Positions 43,589-54,354 of a DNA stretch of 64,000 bases are shown piece after piece; positions within the stretch are counted from its first letter, which is position 1; each line of letters opens with the position of its first letter. Both the position numbers and the translations under genes were made by a program. Source of the stretch: Hyaloraphidium curvatum SAG 235-1 (taxonomy: Eukaryota > Fungi > Monoblepharomycota); NCBI GenBank assembly GCA_025558095.1, contig JAIVFI010000002.1:1178001-1242000 (forward strand). Direction: 5' to 3'. The notes under the pieces are model-generated. The model worked only from the letters and a program-made list of their open reading frames with translations. It searched no databases and was not told the DNA's origin.

Positions 43589-43743
43589 CCACCTGGCTGC
43601 CCTGAAGAAGGCGGCGGGCGAGCACGGGCCGGTGGCGGGACCGGTAGAGGAGTGCATGAGTGGTGGACATGTATGTGCATGCAGAGATTGCAAAAGCCTG
43701 TGCACTGCCCGCAACCCCGCGCGCAAGCACCGCCACCGCCTAG

Positions 43744-44748
43744 TCAACCGAGCTGCTCCTCCGGCCTGCAGTTCGGCTTGTGCGAGGGCCAGTCGGCCTT
43801 CTGGCACTGGGCCGAGCAGTAGAAGGCAGCCTTGCACCGCGAGCACCGCTTGGTGGACCCGGAACCGGGCCCGGTCGTCGACGACTTTTCGCAGCGGCGG
43901 CAGATTGCCCTCGGTTTGCCGAGCCCTTCCACGTCTCGCATGTGCCTGATCATGAGCTTCTCGTTTGCCTGCACGCATGTTGGGTCCGTGCAAGCAACCC
44001 ATACGTCGATGATGTAGGTGCTCCGCGGCGGGTCGAAGCGGGCGAGCCGGAGGTGCTTGCAGTTCACCCCAATCTTCAGGCCGCCCTTCCCACAGGTGAG
44101 GCACGCAAAGGTCCGGCACGACATGTGTAGGAGTATCCAGCTCTCCGCCTGAGCATCCAGGATGTGCTGTGTGCGTTCGACGGCTCCGAGCTTCCCGGCC
44201 GGGTCTTTATCCGAGGGAAAGTTGAACAGGCCCCTTTCCGCCTTGACGGCGATCGATTCTTCGGTGGCCGTCAGCTCTCCGCCGGCGTCCCGTGCGATGA
44301 AGCGCAGCACGACCGTCGCTATTTCCACCCGCGCCGCGGGGGCCGGCGGCAGCTTCTCCCACCTGTCCCGACCCGGGAGCCGCCCCCTGTTGACCTCCAA
44401 ATTCATTTGGAGCTCCTGGAAGCACTCCAGTGCGCCACAACGAGGAAAGTCCCACGCGAGCAGCACAGTCACCGGTTCGTCAGCCTCCGTATCCGTGCCG
44501 ACGACGACGCGGCGCAGGATCGGTCGGCCCTCCATCACGGCCGGTTCGCCGCAAACCGTGCAGCTCCATTTCCGGGACCCGAGCATCTGGTGCTCCCACT
44601 GCAGCGACACGGTGCCGAGCCCGCCCTCCTCCAGCACCGCGGCTCCGGGCGCCAGCAGCGCCCTCCGCACCGGAATAACGCGTTGGTAGCTGACGTACGC
44701 GCCGGGCACTCGGTCAAAGACATCTAAGCGAAAGATGACCTCCTCCAT
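43744..44748 (-). CDS. MYND zinc-finger protein with duplicated N-terminal CxxC...Cx4C module, intronless
   Basis: CRRC...KRCSRCKAAFYCSAQCQKADWPSHKPNC. Upstream CTVC...CGALEC and CLTC...CTDPTC. Confidence 0.85.
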   Translation of the reverse strand: MEEVIFRLDVFDRVPGAYVSYQRVIPVRRALLAPGAAVLEEGGLGTVSLQWEHQMLGSRKWSCTVCGEPAVMEGRPILRRVVVGTDTEADEPVTVLLAWDFPRCGALECFQELQMNLEVNRGRLPGRDRWEKLPPAPAARVEIATVVLRFIARDAGGELTATEESIAVKAERGLFNFPSDKDPAGKLGAVERTQHILDAQAESWILLHMSCRTFACLTCGKGGLKIGVNCKHLRLARFDPPRSTYIIDVWVACTDPTCVQANEKLMIRHMRDVEGLGKPRAICRRCEKSSTTGPGSGSTKRCSRCKAAFYCSAQCQKADWPSHKPNCRPEEQLG

Positions 44749-45269
44749 GTCGCTCGTGTTGGGGTTTGCGCGGGCAGTTGTGTAGTGAGTCACTGAGGCG
44801 CGTTTGACGAGTCAAGCACTTCACCCGCTCCAGACGAAACGAACCTGTGGTCGTGGATAGAGATTGCGCCTCAAGCTTTCGACAATCGCTTCATTCTTCG
44901 TTTGCGGATGGGATGGATCAACTCGACGCCTTCGCGGGTTCTCGGGCTTCCAACGCTTGACGACTCCGCGACCGCAACGACCGCAACAGACCTCCTACCA
45001 CACCCCGCCCCGCGATGCCGCGCATCGTCATCGACTGCGGCGTCTACGATGGCGCCACGGCCACCAGCGCCATCGCCCCTCGCCGCACCGTCGACGTCGC
45101 CGCCGCTCTACTCCTTCCCGGCGCCCTGGCGGGGCCGGACGGCGATCTGGCGGCCCTCCTGCTGCCGTAGATGCCGAACCTATCCAGAGATTGCAAGAAG
45201 CTTGTACACCCCCCCGTAACGAACCGCGCGCGAGCAACACCTCCCCCACCCCCCCGACTCTAGCCGCCT

Positions 45270-47270
45270 CTAGACCATCCCCCCCCCGAACCCCTCCATC
45301 AGCTCCCCCCCGAACGCCCCGAACCCCGTGCTCCCCATCCCGTCCATCACCCCCTCCCCCATCCCCGCGCCCTGCCCCGCCCGCCCGTACCGCTCGCGCG
45401 GGTACCTGAACTCGACGCTGAACCTGCTCGTCCCCGGCACCCTCCTCCCCACCCGCACGCGCACGCGCTCCCCGCACACCGACGCCATCCGCATGCAGAA
45501 GGCGCCGTAGAGCACGCGGAGGTACTCCTTGTAGTCCATGCGCGCGGGGTCGTGCGGCGAGGCGATGTGCCACCGCACCACGTGGGAAGCGGAGCGCTCC
45601 ACGCGGAAGCGGGTGGTGGGCTCGTTGGGGAGGGGCATGCGGGGGAAGAGGTCGAGGAGGGAGCAGAGGCCGTCGGGGGTGGAGAACTGGTGCAGGGAGG
45701 AGGCGGTGAAGGAGATCTGGGCGGAACCGGGACGCGTGAGCTGGATTGCGAGGCGCGAAGCGGTCGGCTCACCTTCTGGAGGAGCCGGTACACCACCGGA
45801 CACTGCATCTCGAAAGCCTCCGAGGTCAGTTCCATGTCCTCGGGCACGACAAAGTCGCGGAAGCACGGCGAGTTGCAGACGTGGTAGATCTCGTTGGGGT
45901 TGAAGCCGCCGCCGGGGCTCTCGGGCGTCTCGCGCCGCTTGGCAAGCAGGATCATGTACTCGGCGTACACCCGGCCGAGGGGCTGCTCGTCGAGGTGCTG
46001 GCACAAGCTGGATGGGGGAACGGTCAGCACGCAGGCACCTCGAGTCCGGCGACGGGCGGGCCCACAGGTTGACAAACGCCCCGCGGTGGCAGATTTCGTC
46101 GCAGTCGTCCGGCTTGGTGTCGGGCAGCAGGTCGTCCGGCGGCAGCAGCGGCCCGTAGTCCGCCTCGTCCTCCTCCTCCGGCGCGCCGGCCTCGTCCTTG
46201 ACCGTCGGCTGCAGCAGCGTCTGGTCCATGCCCCAGCTGGCGAGGCCGGGCGTCGCCTGCTGCTGCGGCTGGGAGAGCTGCACCTGCGGCGGGGTGTCGT
46301 ACATGGACGGGTAGACGCCCGCGCTCTGGCCGTAGGCCGCGAGGTAGTCCGGCGGCATGGGGGGGTTCATGGCGGGATAGCCGTTGGCGGTCGCGTCGTA
46401 CGACGGCCGCTGGGAGGGGACGGCGGGCTGCTGCGTGGCCTGCGCCTGCGCCTGGGCGTGGGCCTGCTGGAGGAGGTGCGCCTGCTGGGCCTGTGCCGCG
46501 GGCGGGTAGGACTGGTAGCCCTGCCCGCCCTGGTAGTAGGGCGACTGGAAGGGGTGGTGCTGGTGCTGCTGGCCGTGGTGCTGCTGCTGCTGGTAGTGGC
46601 CGGACAGGTTGGAGGCCGACTGCATTGGCGAGTTCTGCCACGACGCGTAGCTGGAGTCGTAGCTGGAGTCGTAGCTTGCGTCGTACGAGTACTCCTGGGC
46701 GCGAGCGGCGGTCGCAGCGGGCGCGCCGCCCCCCATCTTGCGCTCGGGCGAGTCGCGGGCGCGCTTGCGCGGCGGCAGCGAGCCCTCGCGCGAGTCAAAG
46801 TCGGCCGACTCGGACGCCGAGTCGTTGAAGCCCGCGCCGGCCAGCGGGCCGCCGCCGCGCTCCATCCAGTCCTTGTACACGCGGGTCATTGTCGTGCCCG
46901 ACACGCCCAGCGCCTTTGCCACGTGCGCCTTGCCGCCGTGCAGGTTGCCGTTGTGGGCCTTTGCGTACTCGTCCAGCAGCTCGAAGGCGCGGAACCGCTC
47001 GGCCTCGGTGAGGTGCGCCGACTGGCTCCGCACGGCGAGCGATTTCCCCGGCTTGTGCGACTTGGGGCTCTTCATCTTGGGCGGCGGCAGGCCGGCCAGC
47101 CCGGGCGGGAGGTCGTACGCCACCGCCTCGCCGTCGCCGTCGTCCTCCTCCTTTACTAGCCCCGGCCCGCGCACGCGGCGCTGAGACCCGCGCCGCGCGG
47201 AGCCCGGCGAGCCCGACAGCGCCGACGGCGGCGAGGGCTCCGAGAACGCCGTGGCGTCGTCGCCCTTCAT
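45270..47270 (-). CDS. Putative transcription regulator: HTH-like domain, Gln-rich region and unknown C-terminal domain, spliced
   Basis: HLTEAERFRAFELL...KAHVAKALGVSGTTMTRVYK. NLS-like PRKRAR, SYDS repeats, Q/H-rich tract. Confidence 0.6.
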   Translation of the reverse strand: MKGDDATAFSEPSPPSALSGSPGSARRGSQRRVRGPGLVKEEDDGDGEAVAYDLPPGLAGLPPPKMKSPKSHKPGKSLAVRSQSAHLTEAERFRAFELLDEYAKAHNGNLHGGKAHVAKALGVSGTTMTRVYKDWMERGGGPLAGAGFNDSASESADFDSREGSLPPRKRARDSPERKMGGGAPAATAARAQEYSYDASYDSSYDSSYASWQNSPMQSASNLSGHYQQQQHHGQQHQHHPFQSPYYQGGQGYQSYPPAAQAQQAHLLQQAHAQAQAQATQQPAVPSQRPSYDATANGYPAMNPPMPPDYLAAYGQSAGVYPSMYDTPPQVQLSQPQQQATPGLASWGMDQTLLQPTVKDEAGAPEEEDEADYGPLLPPDDLLPDTKPDDCDEICHRGAFVNLWARPSPDSRCLRADRSPIQLVPAPRRAAPRPGVRRVHDPACQAARDAREPRRRLQPQRDLPRLQLAVLPRLCRARGHGTDLGGFRDAVSGGVPAPPEGEPTASRLAIQLTRPGSAQISFTASSLHQFSTPDGLCSLLDLFPRMPLPNEPTTRFRVERSASHVVRWHIASPHDPARMDYKEYLRVLYGAFCMRMASVCGERVRVRVGRRVPGTSRFSVEFRYPRERYGRAGQGAGMGEGVMDGMGSTGFGAFGGELMEGFGGGMV

Positions 47271-47596
47271 GGCCGCGCGCCCCGGATGGCCGCCGTCCGG
47301 CGCGCCCAACCACGCTCCTATAATAAAGCAGTTCCGCCCCTCGGCGCTGGCGCGAGCGGCCTCCGCGGAATGGGCCCCGTCGGACCGCGGAATGTTCTCC
47401 GGGCGTGCTAGAATTTGCCGCCGTGCGCCTGATAGCAACAATTTAGGCTTAGAAGCGTCGGAATCCCTGGGGCGCAAAACAGGGCCGACAGTGCCGGAAA
47501 AATGAATCTGTGCTGCTCTGAGGCCCGACTGGGCGTGTACGGAGCCCGCAATCCCGGTTGAGTGCCCTCCCAGTCTCGCGGACGCGTCGGACAGAC

Positions 47597-48727
47597 ATGT
47601 CACCCACGCCATCGCCGCCGGTGGCCATGTCGGCCACGTACGCGGAGCAATCGGCCCCGCAGCGCTTGCAGGCAATGCCTTTGCTCGATCTGTTCAAAAG
47701 GCACGTGCTTCCGCTCCATATCGGGCCAGCCGAATACGCGCTCGCGGACTTTGGCGCAGCCGAAGGCGCCACGTCGGCGATCCTATTTGCCGGGGTGCTC
47801 GGGATGCTCCTGGAATCAAGATTCCGAGGAAATGGAAGTCGACGCGATGCTGAGGAGGGCGTGACGAGCCCATCGGGCGCCCCAACGGCCCCGAAGAAAT
47901 CTCCGCTTACAGCCACTACGATCTACAACGACCTCCCCGGCGCCCCGCTCCCGTCCTCCATCCCACCTTCCCTCCAGGCTTTCCTCACCGAGCACCAGGA
48001 TACACTCACCATCGCCCACCTCGCGAACTCCGCCTCCTTCCACGGCCCGTGCCTCCCACCATCCTCAGTCGACCTCGCCCTAACCAACTCGGCCCTGCAC
48101 TGGCTCTCCTCCCCCGCCCCCGCCGCGGACCTCGCCTCCCGCGCCGCATCGGACTGGCACGCCTTCTGGCTCGCCCGCCGGGACGAGCTTAAACCGGGGG
48201 GCTTCCTCCTCGCCTCCCTCGCATGCCTCCCGCACCCCTCGCCCCCCCCTGACACCCTCGACCGGATAGCCAGCTTCCCCTGGATCCCGCGCCTCGCCCT
48301 CCGCGTAACGCACCTTGCCCTCTCCCGCAACCTCATACGCCCCCCTCCCGGCCTCGGGCCCGCGGACCTCCCCTGGCCGCTGTACCCCCGCACCCCCGCG
48401 GAATGCCTCGCCCCCTTCACCGACCACCCCTCGGCGATCCCGGGGCTGCGCCTGCGCCACCACGAGGTCCGCGCCGCGCCGCACCCGATCTTCGCTTCCT
48501 TCCTCGCGCACGGGGACCCGGCGCGCTACGCGCGGGAGCAGGCCGCGCAGAGCAGGGGGTTCTTTGGTCCTTCGGTGCGGGTTCTGTGGGCTGATTGGGA
48601 CGTAAAGGGGGATGATGCGGAGGGGGTTTTCTGGGGGCTCGCGGAGGAGGTGTTGAGGGAGGAGGAGGGGGCGAGGTACAGCGAGTTTGGGAGGATGTTC
48701 ATGGTCGTGGAGCGGGTTGCCCAATGA
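47597..48727 (+). CDS. SABATH-family (Methyltransf_7) SAM-dependent carboxyl methyltransferase, intronless
   Basis: LADFGAAEG, IYNDLP, SFHGPCLPPSSVDL...SALHWLS, DW..F..AR..ELKPGG. Confidence 0.85.
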   Translation: MSPTPSPPVAMSATYAEQSAPQRLQAMPLLDLFKRHVLPLHIGPAEYALADFGAAEGATSAILFAGVLGMLLESRFRGNGSRRDAEEGVTSPSGAPTAPKKSPLTATTIYNDLPGAPLPSSIPPSLQAFLTEHQDTLTIAHLANSASFHGPCLPPSSVDLALTNSALHWLSSPAPAADLASRAASDWHAFWLARRDELKPGGFLLASLACLPHPSPPPDTLDRIASFPWIPRLALRVTHLALSRNLIRPPPGLGPADLPWPLYPRTPAECLAPFTDHPSAIPGLRLRHHEVRAAPHPIFASFLAHGDPARYAREQAAQSRGFFGPSVRVLWADWDVKGDDAEGVFWGLAEEVLREEEGARYSEFGRMFMVVERVAQ

Positions 48728-48982
48728 TGGACTGGATCGCGGTTCATTCGGGTGGAACTCTTCGTGTCTACATAGCACCGACCGGAGAATCGGAGGACGC
48801 CTCGGGAAAAGTGAGGATGATGGGTCGCGGGAACGCCGTCCGCGAGGGATGTTAGGGCGTGGATGGACCACGCCGAGTGGATCAATAATGCGATCCGATT
48901 GCTGCAGAAGAGTTCCGGCCGGAATCGCGGAATCAAGCGATCCGGTGAGGCGCGCTTCTGGGACGACCATAAACACCGACCA

Positions 48983-49666
48983 ATGTCTCCCGCCTCGCTA
49001 TCCTGCCGCTGCGGCAAGGTCCGGCTCCTCCTCGCCGATGAGCGCATGCGCGCGCGCACCGAGTGCTTCTGCGCCGACTGCCGGCAGCGCGGGCTCATCT
49101 CGGCCGCGCGGTCGCCGGCCAACGCGGTGCCCCCCGAAGTGGCGAGCTTCGACCGCGGCGTCGACCTCTACTACTTCTCCAACGCGCTGATCGTCGACGA
49201 GAAGACGCGGGAGCTGATCCGGTTCTCCAAGCTGCGCCCGGACGCAAACAACACGACGTGCATGTCGGCGTGCTGCGGGACCCTGCTCTGCGGGATCCAC
49301 CCCGTCTACGGCGGCACGACCATCTCGGTCAACGCCGACAGCTGCCGCGTGTCGGTGCCCTCGGTGCTCCCGAACCAGCTCGTGATCTTCGGCTGCGACG
49401 CGCCGGCGGACAAGTGGGCGGCGAGGACGGCCCGCGCCGACGTGCCGATGGTGCACTCGTCGCCCGAGGGTGCGGCCGCGGCGGCGATGCAGGCGTTTTT
49501 GGCGGCGGTGACGACGCCGGTCGAGGAGCGGCACAAGGGGCCGGGGGTGGCGACGTTCGAGGAGCTCTGCGGGGGCAGGTTCATCCTGGACAACTCCTTC
49601 TACGACGAAAGCCGGGCGGCGGTGCCCCGTCCGGCGAATACGTCGACGGAAAAGGCGAGGATGTGA
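48983..49666 (+). CDS. GFA/CENP-V/Mss4-like zinc-binding protein, intronless
   Basis: LSCRCGKV...ECFCADCRQ...ACCGTLL. Confidence 0.65.
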   Translation: MSPASLSCRCGKVRLLLADERMRARTECFCADCRQRGLISAARSPANAVPPEVASFDRGVDLYYFSNALIVDEKTRELIRFSKLRPDANNTTCMSACCGTLLCGIHPVYGGTTISVNADSCRVSVPSVLPNQLVIFGCDAPADKWAARTARADVPMVHSSPEGAAAAAMQAFLAAVTTPVEERHKGPGVATFEELCGGRFILDNSFYDESRAAVPRPANTSTEKARM

Positions 49667-49772
49667 CCGGGGATGCGGTAGCTGTGGGAGAAATGGGCCT
49701 CGATGAATCAAGCGTCCATGTTTGGAGAGCGAAGTACATGCGGTGCTACAGGCGGCAGTCATGCGGTTCAGC

Positions 49773-51553
49773 TCACAGGTGCGTCGTGTCCGGGTCCTCG
49801 GCCGCGATCAGCTTCTCCACCTCGTCAATGGCCGCGGGCACGAACGGCGCCGTCAGATTCTCCATCCCCGTCTCGGTGACCACAATGTCGTCCTCGATCC
49901 GCACGCCGCCGACCTTGCGGTAGCGCTCCAGCGTGGGTGCATCGATGAACTTGGAGATCTCGGGGTCCGCTGGACGGGCAGCGGACGGTCAGTTCGGACC
50001 CGCAGAAGGGCGGTGCGAGGGAACACCCACCGAGCGCGGGCTCCAGGAACGCGTCGATAAAGTAGATCCCCGGCTCGACGGTGAGCACCATGCCCGGGAT
50101 CAGCTTCCGGCGCATGCGAAGGTATCGTAGTCCGGGCTCGTCGATCCGGTCCACGCCCTTGGGGTAACCGCCGACGTCGTGCACGTCGAGCCTGGGACGC
50201 CGTCAGCTCGATCGCGCCTGCCGACGGAGCGGACCTACCCGAGGAGGTGGCCCAGCCCGTGCGGCATGAAGATCCCCCCGACGCTCTTCTTGAGCATCTC
50301 ATCCACGTCGCCCTTGAGGATGCCGAGCTTCTTGAGACCCTCGACGTGCACCCGGTCCGCGAGCCGGTGGATGTCTTCCCAGTTGACGCCGGGCTTGATG
50401 GCGTCGAAGCAGGCCAGCTGCGCGTCGTAGACGACCTGGTAGATGTCCCGCCACTCGCTGTACGGCAAGGAGGGGCTGGTGAGGAGAGCTCCAGGTGGTG
50501 CGCGCACGGGACGACGCACTCGAGGTACTTGCCCCCCACGGGCCACGTCCGGGTGATGTCCGACGCGTAGCAGAAGTACTCGCACCCCGCGTCGATCAGC
50601 ACGAGGTTCCTGTCGTCGGGCGGGAACGGCCCCCTGTTCTTGACGTAGTGCAGCGCGGCCGCGTGGCACCCCGACGCGCAGATGGGGTGGTACGCCTGGT
50701 GGAACGAGCCCCGCTTGGTCGTCTCGTACATGAACAGCGCGTACAGCTCGTGCTCCGTCGTGTGGGTCTTGCGCTTGGCGGCGCGCATGAGCTTGATGTG
50801 GGCCAGGGAGGAGAGGCGGTTGGCCTCGCGGAGGATGCCGATCTCGCCCTCGGACTTGACCACGCGGGTCTCGAAGAGGGGCCAGTCGATCTTGCCCTTG
50901 GAGACCAGCGGGCGGAACTTGGCGGGGAGGGAGGCCGACACGGCGTCGGCGTTGTACTCGAGGGTGTTTAGGGCCGAGGGCTTGAGCGCCTCGAGGGCCT
51001 TTTCGAGGTCCGCGTCGTAGATGACCTCGTCAAAGTCGTAGGTCTTCTTGAGCACGGGATTCGGGTCGGGCTCGCCGGACCACATGGTGACCGAGACGGG
51101 GTAGTGCGGCGCGACGAGGGTGGAGCGTCCCGAGGGCAGCTCGATGAGGAGCGAAAAGTCGGGCAGGTTGACGCCGGAGAGGTAGCTGGACCGCGATATC
51201 AGGTTGAGAGAGTCGGAAACTGGTAAGAAGAGGCAGTGGAGGAGGCGGAAACGTGTCACCCACAAGAAGTTCGACTCCTGCCGGAAGGCCAGCTCGACGT
51301 CCGTGTTGTAGCGGTACACCACCTCGCCCCCGCGCAGCACCACGGCGCCGTCGGCGATGCCTCCGATCTTCTGCAGGTTCTCCACGAAGCGCTTCCGGTT
51401 GTCGCGCGCGACGGGCGCGAACGTCGCGGGGTCGATGGAGCCCGGGCCGTCGTCGAGCCGCGCGTGGAACGAGAAGGCGCCGCCGCCGGCGATCGACGCC
51501 GCGCCGTCCGACGCGTGCGCGTGGCCGTCGGCGTGCACGTGCGAGTGTGCCAT
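49773..51553 (-). CDS. Xaa-Pro dipeptidase (prolidase, M24B), spliced
   Basis: [61 protein letters not shown]. His-rich N-terminus [13 protein letters not shown]. Confidence 0.93.
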
Positions 51554-51810
51554 TGCTCCTCGGGGGGGAGAAGTGAGTGGAGACAACGGCGACTCGTTCA
51601 GGGCCTGCTGGTGGTCCCTTGCCACTGCCGGGAGCGATCGTCGTCGCCCGTACCCCCGGCCGCGCGCGTCAAAGGTGCATTTGATCAGCGCAAGCAATCG
51701 GACAATGAGCTCAAGTTGATGATGAAACTCTTGGGTGTGAAAAGAGCTTCGCGAGCTACAATAAAGCCTTACAGTCTCTGTCATGTTCACGACACGCCTC
51801 CCGCATAGCT

Positions 51811-53028
51811 TCAATCTTCTCGATACGACAGATCACCAGCGGCCTCAAGGGCTTCCAGCCCCTCGACTTGCGTCCCTTCCGGAACCCCCGTCCCGACCAG
51901 CTCGCGCAGCTTGCTCAAGCTCTGCTGCGCCTGAAACCGTCTCGGCCTGCCCTCGATGACGCAGCTCAGACATTGAATAGAGAGGCGCAAGCCTGACGGG
52001 TCCGACAATGAGCGCAGCAGCCGGTCGAGGTTGTCGGGCTCGTCCAACGGCGTATGCCATTTGAGGACTTTAACGGAGAGGGATCGAAGCGTAGGCGGAA
52101 GCAGGCGTGCGAGCACGCGCACTTCCAGAATTTCGACGCAGCTGAGAGAGGCGAGGGCGGGGAGGAGGAGGAAGTCGGAAACTGGGGTGTGCACCCCGAT
52201 GTACTGGTGGACGTGCAGCTCCTCGATGCTCTGCACATGAAGAAGCAGCATCCTGAGATTTTCGAGGGTGGTATGGTCAATGTGATCGCCGTTGCGAAGC
52301 ACCCTCGGGCGGAGCGCACTCGTGGTCCGTATGGAAGCAAGCTGGTCGGGGTAAGCGGTCAATGACGTGATCTTGGCAAGAATGTGGCCCGGGATCAGAT
52401 GCCAATTGTCCTCGACGTCGGCAAGCTTGGCACGGAGGTCAATCTGTTCCAGCTTGGGACACCGCTTCGCCAGCACGAACAGGAATCGCCACGGGACATC
52501 GCCCCCAAGCTCCAGGCGCTCCAGACTGGGCAGCACAGGGAAACCGCTCAAAGAGGCGGGGTTATAGCCGGATTCAAACTCGCCGATTCTGATCTTCAGG
52601 CACTTCAAGTGGGGAAGCCTGGCCCGCACGAGATGACGGACGCCAAGGTCAACACTAATATCCGCGGATAGCGCCTCGAGAATGCGGGTTCCAAGAAGCA
52701 CGCGCATTTTCGCACGGTCGGAAATCGCGGCGACGAGGTCCAGGTGCCTGATGTGGGCCAGGGCGCCGCGCCCTTCGAGTCTCCAGACAAGCCACTCCGC
52801 GCGGCGTCCCGTCCCGAGCCGCGCGAGCGAAAAGCGCTCCTTGAGCCTCGGCAGCAGCAGCTCGAAGTACGATTTGCACGCGAGGGCCATTTCCAGGAGG
52901 CTGCGAGAGCCGGGTTGGAAGTGCGACGCGACGGCGAGGAGAAGCTCGGGAGGGAGGAGTGGTTCGGAAGGGTCGCCCATCCCCGCCGCTCCCGCGTCTC
53001 CTGCATCTGCCGAACATTTTGCCTCCAT
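51811..53028 (-). CDS. F-box-like/LRR (RNI-like) protein, intronless
   Basis: LLPPELLLAVASHF...LLEMALACKS, followed by LxxLxL repeats (LPHLKCLKI, LPSLERLEL, CPKLEQIDL). Confidence 0.7.
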   Translation of the reverse strand: MEAKCSADAGDAGAAGMGDPSEPLLPPELLLAVASHFQPGSRSLLEMALACKSYFELLLPRLKERFSLARLGTGRRAEWLVWRLEGRGALAHIRHLDLVAAISDRAKMRVLLGTRILEALSADISVDLGVRHLVRARLPHLKCLKIRIGEFESGYNPASLSGFPVLPSLERLELGGDVPWRFLFVLAKRCPKLEQIDLRAKLADVEDNWHLIPGHILAKITSLTAYPDQLASIRTTSALRPRVLRNGDHIDHTTLENLRMLLLHVQSIEELHVHQYIGVHTPVSDFLLLPALASLSCVEILEVRVLARLLPPTLRSLSVKVLKWHTPLDEPDNLDRLLRSLSDPSGLRLSIQCLSCVIEGRPRRFQAQQSLSKLRELVGTGVPEGTQVEGLEALEAAGDLSYRED

Positions 53029-53127
53029 TCGGAGGCACCGATGGGGCCCGCGAAGGTTCCTTCGCTGTTGTCCCTCTCAAGCTGATCGATCCCTTGCGGA
53101 ACGAAACGGCATTGCAGCGCGGGGTCG

Positions 53128-54255
53128 ATGCCTGCCCTTCCGAGGCGATGGGTCGCGCTTTCGGCCGTCGCCTTCGTGTTTTCGTACCTCGGCTTCCTCG
53201 CCGGGACGCGGCACCGCTCCGCTTTTCACGTGGAACACGAGAACGAGCTCGGCGACCTCTGCGCCGGCTTCCGCCCCTTGCCGCCCGCGGACGCGCCCGA
53301 TCGCGCCGATCCCGCGCTGCATGGCGCCTCGGAATCTTCGGACGCCGTGCGCGACGCGTTCACGGGCATCTACGCGAACCGCAGCTGGGACTCGGACCTC
53401 GCCGGGGGCGGCTCCGGCCCGGGCAGCGCGCCCGGAAACACGGCCGCCACGCGCAGGCTGCTCGAGCTGTTCTTCTACAAACGGCACGTGACGAGCATCC
53501 TGGACGCGCCGTGCGGGTCGTCGGCGTGGTGGCCGCCGCTGTGGACCGCGGTGCGGCGCGCAATCCCGTGCTTCCGCTACGTGGGCGTGGACGTCGTCGC
53601 CAGTGTGGTGGCAAACAGCTCGGCACGGCACGCCGGCGACCCGCTCACGACTTTCCGGACCGCCGACGTGGCGGCGGACCCGCTGCCCCGGGGCTTCGAC
53701 GCGATCCTGTCGCGCGACGCGCTGCAGCACCTGCCCATCGCGACCGCCATCAGCGCCCTGGAGAACTACGCCAGGGCGGACCCGCGGTACCTGCTCGTCG
53801 GATCGTACGCGCCGGGCGAGTACACGGCCAACTGGGCCGTCCAGATCGGGGGCTTCTTCAGAATCGACCTGCTTGCTCCGCCCTTCTCGTTGCCTGAGCC
53901 GCTAGAGGTGCTGGAGGAGGGGTACGAGGACAAGATGCTGCTGGTGTACGCGCGGCGGCAGCTGCGGGGGCTGGACTTTGCCGCCATGCGGAAGAGGGCG
54001 AAGGGCATGACCGATAGGAAGGAGCTGGATCCGCCTTCGTGGACGGTGCCGTACGTGGACGACGGTTGGGTACCAACGGCCGAGGTCGGCGAGACGGTCG
54101 TGGCCGAGGGTGATCCGCCGCAAGGGGAGGACGCGCCGGTGGACGGGGAGGACGCGCCGGTGGACGGGGAGGACGCCCCCGTGGACGCCGCTGGGGACAT
54201 CGAACCCCGGTCAGGTGCTTCCGGGCCGCGAAATCAGACAAAAAGCTCAGATTGA
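53128..54255 (+). CDS. Membrane-anchored class I SAM-dependent methyltransferase-like protein, intronless
   Basis: N-terminal anchor. FTGIY...W...SGPGS, SILDAPCG, YVGVDVV, DAILSRDALQHLP. Confidence 0.75.
   Translation: MPALPRRWVALSAVAFVFSYLGFLAGTRHRSAFHVEHENELGDLCAGFRPLPPADAPDRADPALHGASESSDAVRDAFTGIYANRSWDSDLAGGGSGPGSAPGNTAATRRLLELFFYKRHVTSILDAPCGSSAWWPPLWTAVRRAIPCFRYVGVDVVASVVANSSARHAGDPLTTFRTADVAADPLPRGFDAILSRDALQHLPIATAISALENYARADPRYLLVGSYAPGEYTANWAVQIGGFFRIDLLAPPFSLPEPLEVLEEGYEDKMLLVYARRQLRGLDFAAMRKRAKGMTDRKELDPPSWTVPYVDDGWVPTAEVGETVVAEGDPPQGEDAPVDGEDAPVDGEDAPVDAAGDIEPRSGASGPRNQTKSSD
54124..54186 (+). repeat. 21-bp coding tandem repeat x3 (GEDAPVD)
   Basis: GGGGAGGACGCGCCGGTGGAC three times, the last copy slightly diverged. 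Confidence 0.95.
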
Positions 54256-54354
54256 AGACGAATGAACAAGAATGACCCGATATCGATGACACAGTGTCCG
54301 ACGAAAAGTCAATCGACCTTTCGAAAGACCAAGTGAACCCCGTCCACTCCCTCT

